From the NCBI GenBank assembly GCA_964629655.1, contig CAZVQU010000001.1:20788-84787 (forward strand): 64,000 nucleotides of DNA, read 5' to 3'. Shown piece after piece: positions 58,195 to 64,000 of this stretch. The translations under genes and the position numbers were made by a program. Each line of letters begins with the position of its first letter. Position 1 is the stretch's first letter. This stretch comes from an uncultured Planctomycetia bacterium (lineage in GTDB: Bacteria; Omnitrophota; Gorgyraeia; Duberdicusellales; 4484-171). The notes under the pieces were generated by a model. That model saw nothing but the letters and a program-made list of their open reading frames with translations, was not told the DNA's origin and made no database searches.

Positions 58195-58737
58195 TTAGAA
58201 TAGAAAGTCGGATTTAGCAAAAAGGGAGACGAGGGGGCAATTATAACGAGCGAGAGCTTCTCTTGCGCCCTCCTCTCTATCAATAACACTTACTGCCGCT
58301 ACTACCTGTATTCTTTCTTTCTTTAGAACCTCTATAGCTTTGATCAAAGAAGAACCGCTAGTAGCCACATCATCAACTATAACCACTCTCTCTCTGGAAG
58401 TTAAAACCTGTCCTTCAATCAATTTCTGACGGCCATGCTTCTTAGGCAACTTCCGGATAAGAAAACCCTTTAGTTTTTTCTTATTCTTATAGGCTAAGTA
58501 GCAGACCCCGCTAACAATAGGGTCAGCCCCTAAAGTAGGACCACCAATGGCAGTTATTTTCTTAAATTTTAGAAGGTTGAAGACAAGGTGTGAGATTAAA
58601 TATACGCCTTTGGGACTTAAGCTTACTTTTCTCACATCAATGTAAAAATTGCTGACTTTTCCTGAAGATAGCTTGATCCTTTTTCTCAAGACGGCATTTT
58701 TCCTAAGAAGGGTTAGTAGTTCTTTCTTCTTATCCAT
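58195..58737 (-). CDS. pyrE: Orotate phosphoribosyltransferase
   Basis: 180 aa with PRTase motif VVIVDDVATSGSS and an overall PyrE-like layout. Confidence 0.7.
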   Translation of the reverse strand: MDKKKELLTLLRKNAVLRKRIKLSSGKVSNFYIDVRKVSLSPKGVYLISHLVFNLLKFKKITAIGGPTLGADPIVSGVCYLAYKNKKKLKGFLIRKLPKKHGRQKLIEGQVLTSRERVVIVDDVATSGSSLIKAIEVLKKERIQVVAAVSVIDREEGAREALARYNCPLVSLFAKSDFLF

Positions 58738-58890
58738 ATCTAGGATTATACTTTAAAAATAAATTTCTTGCAATGATTCCTTTTTCTGTATATAATCCAA
58801 TGAGACTTTTCCGATATCGGTCGGGATTAGTCGGATTGATACTGAGGGCACGAAGTACCCAAAGCATCTTAACCCTTCCCTAATAAATCT
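58738..58890. promoter_or_regulatory. Divergent intergenic region; the strand switch between the minus-strand array and the plus-strand Na/Pi-PhoU pair
   Basis: 153 bp between the starts of the pyrE-like gene (-) and the Na/Pi cotransporter (+). No promoter motif was positively identified. Confidence 0.3.
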
Positions 58891-60015
58891 ATGCATAGTG
58901 AAAAAACTAGAGCCTTATTTAAAATAATCCTGGTTCTCACCTTTGTCTATCTCTTCCTGGTAAGCATTGGTCTCATGGGAGTTGCTTTCAAGGGATTTGG
59001 CAAGGAGTTTGCTGAGAATCTAATAAAAACTACCTCTAACCCATTTGTCGGTTTATTCATCGGAATTCTAGCCACTAGTATTGTTCAAAGCTCGTCGACC
59101 ACCACCTCTATTGTGGTAGGAATGGTAGGTTCAGGAGTAATCACTGTTTCAAATGCAATCCCGATAGTAATGGGAGCAAATATCGGGACTACGGTAACCG
59201 GGATACTGGTATCCATAGGGCACATCGGACGCCGGGAAGAGTTTAAAAGAGCTGTAAGCGGAGGTACTCTTGGTGGTTTCTTTAAAATGATGTGTGTTAC
59301 TATAATTTTTCCCCTTGAACTGGCTACCGGCATATTAGGTAAAATAGCTAACTGGATGAGCAGTGCCTTTGTTGATATCGGAGGTATTACTTTTACCAGC
59401 CCGATTAAATTAGCCACAAAACCAATAGTGCACTTTATAGAAAATATAGTCATGAAGTTAAAAGTTTCCTCTGGTATGGCCTATACTATAATGTTAGTCA
59501 TTTCCTTAATACTATTATTTGCTGCTTTATACTATATCGTAAAGCTGATGCGAACTATGGTAGCAAAGAGAGCGGAAATTGTTCTTAATAATGTAATTGG
59601 CAAGCACGGAATACTAGCTATTTTCGCTGCCACCTTCTTTACTGCAGTAATCCAGAGCAGTTCAATAACCGTTGCCCTGATGATTCCTCTTAGTGCTGCC
59701 GGGATCCTAACGCTTGAGACAATGTATCCTCTGGTAATGGGAGCAAATGTCGGAACTACGATAACAGCTATTCTGGCATCATTCGCTACCGGAAATATTG
59801 CTGCGCTCACTGTAGCCTTTGTCCACTTTCTCTTCAATATGATATGTCTTTTCTGTATCTATCCGATAAAAATATTAAGAAAAATCCCTATACTCCTATC
59901 AAAAAAACTCGGCGACTTGGCTTACAAAAAACGTCGCTATGCTCTAATATATACTTTAGTTACATTTTTTGTGATACCAACATTATTTATTTTTATTTTT
60001 AAAGTATTAAAATAA
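58891..60015 (+). CDS. Na+/phosphate cotransporter family II (NptA/YjbB-like)
   Basis: 374 aa with duplicated QSSS motifs (QSSSTTTSIVVGM; QSSSITVALMIPL) and GANIGTT/GANVGTT repeats. Confidence 0.85.
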   Translation: MHSEKTRALFKIILVLTFVYLFLVSIGLMGVAFKGFGKEFAENLIKTTSNPFVGLFIGILATSIVQSSSTTTSIVVGMVGSGVITVSNAIPIVMGANIGTTVTGILVSIGHIGRREEFKRAVSGGTLGGFFKMMCVTIIFPLELATGILGKIANWMSSAFVDIGGITFTSPIKLATKPIVHFIENIVMKLKVSSGMAYTIMLVISLILLFAALYYIVKLMRTMVAKRAEIVLNNVIGKHGILAIFAATFFTAVIQSSSITVALMIPLSAAGILTLETMYPLVMGANVGTTITAILASFATGNIAALTVAFVHFLFNMICLFCIYPIKILRKIPILLSKKLGDLAYKKRRYALIYTLVTFFVIPTLFIFIFKVLK

Positions 60016-60028
60016 AGGGAGGTAGATT

Positions 60029-60703
60029 ATGTTTAAAAATCTATTGCAATTCTGGAAAGGAAAGGATTTCTTAAACCAGGTATTAGAAGAATTCAAAAAT
60101 ATGCTCGATGATGCCCAAATAATGTTTGACTCTGTCTGCAGGAGGCTAATCGATAATGAAGAAGGCCCTGGCTTAAGGAATAAGGTCTACAGCATAGATA
60201 AACAAGTCAATGACCTACAGAGAGATATCCGGAAACGGGTAATTGAGCACTTATCTCTCCAGCCTTCATCAGATGTACCGACTTGCTTGCTTCTTATGAG
60301 TGTAGTAAAAGATGCTGAAAGATTAGGAGATTATGCAAAAAATCTTTATGAGGTAAGCACCCTGATGAAAGGCCCTTTAAATAAGAAAAAATATTTAGAG
60401 CTTTTCAACAGTATTGAAGGGGAAATATCTGAACTCTTTAAAGAAACAATAAAAGCTTTTATGGAATCCGACGAAACTAAAGCAGCCAAAGCTTGGGATT
60501 ATAAAACAAAGATCGCCAAACGTTGCGATCAGATTATTGAAAAACTAGCCAGTAGCGACCTTTCGGTAAACGAATCGGTCTGTTTTACCCTTATGGCCCG
60601 ATATTTTAAACGCATCACTGCCCACTTAACAAATATTGCTACTTCAGTAATACTGCCTTTGACAGATTTAGACTACTTTGATGAAGAAAGAAGGGAAACT
60701 TAA
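60029..60703 (+). CDS. PhoU-domain protein (partner of the Na/Pi cotransporter)
   Basis: 224 aa, helical with two PhoU-like repeats (DxxRD-like motifs), immediately downstream of the Na/Pi gene. Confidence 0.55.
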   Translation: MFKNLLQFWKGKDFLNQVLEEFKNMLDDAQIMFDSVCRRLIDNEEGPGLRNKVYSIDKQVNDLQRDIRKRVIEHLSLQPSSDVPTCLLLMSVVKDAERLGDYAKNLYEVSTLMKGPLNKKKYLELFNSIEGEISELFKETIKAFMESDETKAAKAWDYKTKIAKRCDQIIEKLASSDLSVNESVCFTLMARYFKRITAHLTNIATSVILPLTDLDYFDEERRET

Positions 60704-60707
60704 GAAT

Positions 60708-62171
60708 TTATCCGGGCAAGAGTTCTTTATCGAAAATATTGTCTAACCCTAAGAGACAGGGAGGATCAAAATACTTTTTCAGCGCAACCATCTCCTTAAT
60801 CTCAGACTCCTTATACATAATCTTTAGATAAGGCTTTTTTATCTTGCCGATACCATGCTCGGCAGAAACAGTTCCCCCTAAGGACACTGCCTTCTGACAA
60901 AGCTTCTTAAGATATTCTTTAGCCTCTTTGCCTTCTTGGTCATTTGAAGGCAAGAAATTAAAATGAAGATGCGACTCTCCGATATGTCCAAAATTAACAT
61001 ATCTTATTTTAGCTTCTCTAGCGATTTTCTTATAAAAATCATACATTTGATTAAATTTACCCTCAGGTACTGCGATATCGCTGGCGACCTTCACCTGATT
61101 ATTCCTTCTTAAAAACTCATTAATCATCTGCGGCAGTTTATGCCGAAAATCAAATACTCGCTTTCTCTGGCTCTGGGTATCAGCAAGAATGCTCTCATCC
61201 AAGTAAGCTTTATTCTTCTCAATTAATCCTTGCCATTTAAGAAGAAGTGGTTCAAAACCGGTCTCGTCCTCAACTTCCTGCTCAAAGTAAACTGCTGCCT
61301 CGGAATCTGGTACAAAAGAATACTCACTCTTTAGCAATTCTAGAGAATTTTTATCGAGGAATTCTAAAGAAGTTGGTTTCAGCTCTCCTCTTCTCTTTAG
61401 ACTCTTTATCTCTTCTATAAACCCAAGAGCATTAGCTTCCTGGGGGAAAAATATTAACCCATCAAAAATATTATAAGGAATTTTTCCTAGATTTAGCTCG
61501 CAAGAAACAATAATACCTAGGGTTCCTTCGCTGCCGATAAATAAATCGATTAAATCCATATTATCCTTAACGTAATAACCAGCCTGAGACTTGACTTTAG
61601 GCAGTTGATAGGAAGGCAGATCAAATTTGAAAAGTCTTCCTTCGCATTCAAACTCAAAACGCCTTTGTTTCGATATAATTTCGCCTCTTTTTATATTAAT
61701 TACCTCTCCGGTAGTTAGTATGACCTCTAGCGCCCTTACATATTCTCTTATTGAGCCATAGCCGAATCCCCTTACTCCGGAAGCTGAGGTTGCGATTGCT
61801 CCGCCGATGAAAGCTAAATTCTCAGTAGGAGATGCCTGCAAAGTTAAGTTGAACTTATTAACTTCTTTCTCTAAATTTTCTAGAGTTACGCCAGACTGAG
61901 AACGAACAATTTGTTTTTCCTGGTTAATGTCAATAACTTGATTCAGATTCTCTAAGGAAATAACTGCCCCCTCTAAAGAAACACAACCGCCGGTTGTGCC
62001 AGTATGGCCAGAAGATAAAGTAAAAGGGATCTTATCCCTGGAACAACTCTTTATGCTTTCTAAAACTTCCCTGTTGTTTTGGGGAAGGTAAAGCAAGGAG
62101 GCTTTACCCTTAACATTAGAGGTATCCTCTAGGTAATTAACCAGGTCCTGAGTATTGTTTCGTACAATCAT
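60708..62171 (-). CDS. FAD-linked oxidase (GlcD/D-lactate dehydrogenase-like, PCMH-type FAD binding)
   Basis: 487 aa with FIGGAIATSASGVRGFGYGSIREYV and FIGSEGTLGII motifs. Confidence 0.7.
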   Translation of the reverse strand: MIVRNNTQDLVNYLEDTSNVKGKASLLYLPQNNREVLESIKSCSRDKIPFTLSSGHTGTTGGCVSLEGAVISLENLNQVIDINQEKQIVRSQSGVTLENLEKEVNKFNLTLQASPTENLAFIGGAIATSASGVRGFGYGSIREYVRALEVILTTGEVINIKRGEIISKQRRFEFECEGRLFKFDLPSYQLPKVKSQAGYYVKDNMDLIDLFIGSEGTLGIIVSCELNLGKIPYNIFDGLIFFPQEANALGFIEEIKSLKRRGELKPTSLEFLDKNSLELLKSEYSFVPDSEAAVYFEQEVEDETGFEPLLLKWQGLIEKNKAYLDESILADTQSQRKRVFDFRHKLPQMINEFLRRNNQVKVASDIAVPEGKFNQMYDFYKKIAREAKIRYVNFGHIGESHLHFNFLPSNDQEGKEAKEYLKKLCQKAVSLGGTVSAEHGIGKIKKPYLKIMYKESEIKEMVALKKYFDPPCLLGLDNIFDKELLPG

Positions 62172-62185
62172 TAAGGGTGGGGTTA

Positions 62186-62881
62186 TTAGAACTTAAAGTT
62201 AAAACTACAGGCCAAAGCTTGGCCGTCAATAAATTGGCCTTCTAAATTAAGCCAAGTTTTCTCGGTAAGATTTATATCAAGACCACAGACAAGTCCTGCT
62301 GATTTAGTTAAGTCAGACATCCTCCTTTCTCTGTTCTCCTCTATCCAGTGGATATAATCAACCCTTGAAAGCTTACCTCCTAGATAAGGGGTGAATTTGG
62401 AAAAATCATAGGAGGCTAGAAGTGACACTTGCCAATCATCTAAGATTCCCTTATACTTCACATTTCCTAAATGAATGGCTTTGGGATGTACACTTATGTG
62501 TTGAAAGCCAAAAACCATTCTTATTCTTTGCCAGTCACAAAGCTTTACCCGAATTCCATAACCACCGGCAAAAGAAGAGGTATAGTCAACTTCATCACTA
62601 CTTAAAGGATGTTGTTTTATATTTCCGGCACCGCCTTTTAAATCTAAAGACAACCAATCCCAAACTCCATAGGAGAACTTAAAAAAATGCTGGGTTGATC
62701 TCAATTTTCCGTAATCAGCCTCCAGATTCCGTTTAAAAATAGTATGGTTTTGGAATCCCCAAAAAAATCTGCTTTCCTCAGGCATCTTTGTACCAGAGCA
62801 AGGGGCAGCTAAAGTGGTTAAATAAAAACAAAAAGATAGAATAACTAATAAAAGAACTCTTCGTATAAAATTTTCCATCAA
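62186..62881 (-). CDS. Putative outer-membrane beta-barrel protein
   Basis: 231 aa with a signal peptide, alternating hydrophobic residues and a C-terminal ...FNFKF (aromatic terminal residue). Confidence 0.4.
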   Translation of the reverse strand: MMENFIRRVLLLVILSFCFYLTTLAAPCSGTKMPEESRFFWGFQNHTIFKRNLEADYGKLRSTQHFFKFSYGVWDWLSLDLKGGAGNIKQHPLSSDEVDYTSSFAGGYGIRVKLCDWQRIRMVFGFQHISVHPKAIHLGNVKYKGILDDWQVSLLASYDFSKFTPYLGGKLSRVDYIHWIEENRERRMSDLTKSAGLVCGLDINLTEKTWLNLEGQFIDGQALACSFNFKF

Positions 62882-62997
62882 AAAATTATATCAAAAAATA
62901 TAGTTCTTGCAAAACAAAAGTAGGGCGTGTTAAAGCAAGGTGTCTATTACCATGCGTCTGCAAAATTCCAAATTTTCTTTATTGCTGGTATAAAATA

Positions 62998-63597
62998 TTA
63001 GTTCCAGGAGTGGGCAAGAGGATAGAAATATACGGTGGAACTGCCTGTCGTATCCCTAATAGTCACCTGAGGATTAGAGCTAGGGTCAGCGGCAGAGCCG
63101 GGCTCTAACCTTAAAGCAAGATTGCTTACTGCCACCCCTCCATTGGCTATGCTTAATGCAAAAGCGGCGCCTCCGCCAAGGTCGACAAAACGTCCTGTAA
63201 GCTCTTCCCAGCTAGCTCCATCGGTATTACTAAACATGACACTATTCGGGCTAGCGGCAGCACCAAATGTATATGCGACTACTAAATCATCACTATAATC
63301 AGCCGGAGTAGAGTTTGAAACTCCGGCGGCGGTTATGTCTTGGCGAATAGTTAGACTGTCAGCAGTAGTACTTATCCCTTGATGATTAATATCCCCAGTC
63401 CCTAATGAAACATTCTTATGAAGATGCTGCAAAACAAGGGTCAAATCATTTAATACCTGAGTCTTTCTTTCCGAAGAGCCTAAGAACCTTTCGCTGGAAA
63501 GATGAAAGGCTATAGCGCCTAAAACAATTATTCCTAATAGTGCTATGGAAATAAGAAGCTCGACCAAGGTAGCCGATTTTTTCAATGAGGCTTGCAT
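62998..63597 (-). CDS. Pilin/pseudopilin-like protein with an atypical prepilin N-terminus
   Basis: 199 aa: KKSATLVELLISIALLGIIVLGAIAF has a hydrophobic N-terminal helix with Glu at +5, but Ser replaces the usual Gly at the cleavage site. Confidence 0.45.
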   Translation of the reverse strand: MQASLKKSATLVELLISIALLGIIVLGAIAFHLSSERFLGSSERKTQVLNDLTLVLQHLHKNVSLGTGDINHQGISTTADSLTIRQDITAAGVSNSTPADYSDDLVVAYTFGAAASPNSVMFSNTDGASWEELTGRFVDLGGGAAFALSIANGGVAVSNLALRLEPGSAADPSSNPQVTIRDTTGSSTVYFYPLAHSWN

Positions 63598-63631
63598 TTT
63601 TTTCCTAAAAAATGGTTAATCGAATTGATCA

Positions 63632-63964
63632 CTAAGGATAATTTATGGTCACACTTACCTGGCGATGATCTCCGGCAGTAGCACTTACTGAATAACTATT
63701 GCCGGCGTAACTCTGTCCATCTATTGTGTAAGAGTCCAGATTTGTAGAACCAGTCTGCAAATCCCCTGAATCCCAAGTGTCAGCGCTAACCGCCCGATAT
63801 AGATTATCGAATTGATGAGTAGCCAAATTAACAGCAATAAGCCGCTTGTTGGCCCGATTGACATATTTCCTTACAGCCACAAAAGTAGCTAGCAATCCTC
63901 CAAAGGCAACAGACAAAATTACTGCCCCGACAATCACTTCAGTTAAAGTAACTCCTTTTCTCAT
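63632..63964 (-). CDS. Type IV pilin / pseudopilin-like protein (prepilin-type N-terminal methylation domain)
   Basis: 110 aa: MRKGVTLTEVIVGAVILSVAFGGLLATF (G-[FV]-T-L-x-E motif). Confidence 0.6.
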   Translation of the reverse strand: MRKGVTLTEVIVGAVILSVAFGGLLATFVAVRKYVNRANKRLIAVNLATHQFDNLYRAVSADTWDSGDLQTGSTNLDSYTIDGQSYAGNSYSVSATAGDHRQVSVTINYP

Positions 63965-64000
63965 TTGGCTAACCTTTTTAAGGTATGTAGGTACAACCGG

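Noticed and set aside
58738-58890. Pho box upstream of the Na/Pi cotransporter-PhoU pair
   Set aside because: No convincing tandem CTGTCAT-like 7-bp repeats were seen, and the region is simply AT-rich.

Overview
This is an AT-rich bacterial window. From position 1 to about 58.7 kb every gene is on the minus strand, many with overlapping start/stop codons (ATGA/TAATG type), so it reads as one or a few very long operons. Positions 1-54.8 kb form a cell-envelope glycan locus: GT2 and GT4 glycosyltransferases, GT-C-like polytopic membrane proteins, SGNH hydrolases, a CE4 deacetylase, a Glf-like flavoenzyme and a Wzm/Wzt-type ABC exporter. Packed into that locus are about 14 intact radical SAM modules: 9 B12-binding (class B) and 5 SPASM-type. 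They include a 1299-aa protein with three tandem rSAM-SPASM modules and an 843-aa fusion of an rSAM-SPASM to a B12-rSAM. The locus also carries an HgdC-type ATP-dependent activase, an HgdB-like partner, a NapH-like membrane polyferredoxin, two paralogous U32-like proteins, a recurring secreted beta-domain family, and a W-rich domain of about 200 aa. That W-rich domain is repeated four times on the Wzt ATPase and is also fused to rSAM enzymes. The rest (54.9-64 kb) is housekeeping: an IMPase-family phosphatase, smpB, an AEC transporter, tRNA-Ser(CGA) and tRNA-Leu(CAG), an M48 peptidase, pyrE, a plus-strand Na/Pi cotransporter plus PhoU, a FAD-linked oxidase, an OMP-like protein and two pilin-like genes. 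No rRNA, CRISPR array, transposase or integrase was recognised. The sequence also shows a 1248-bp perfect direct repeat between two paralogous membrane-protein genes and a 68-bp duplicated leader element. All calls come from reading the translated ORFs and nucleotide text; no database search was run.
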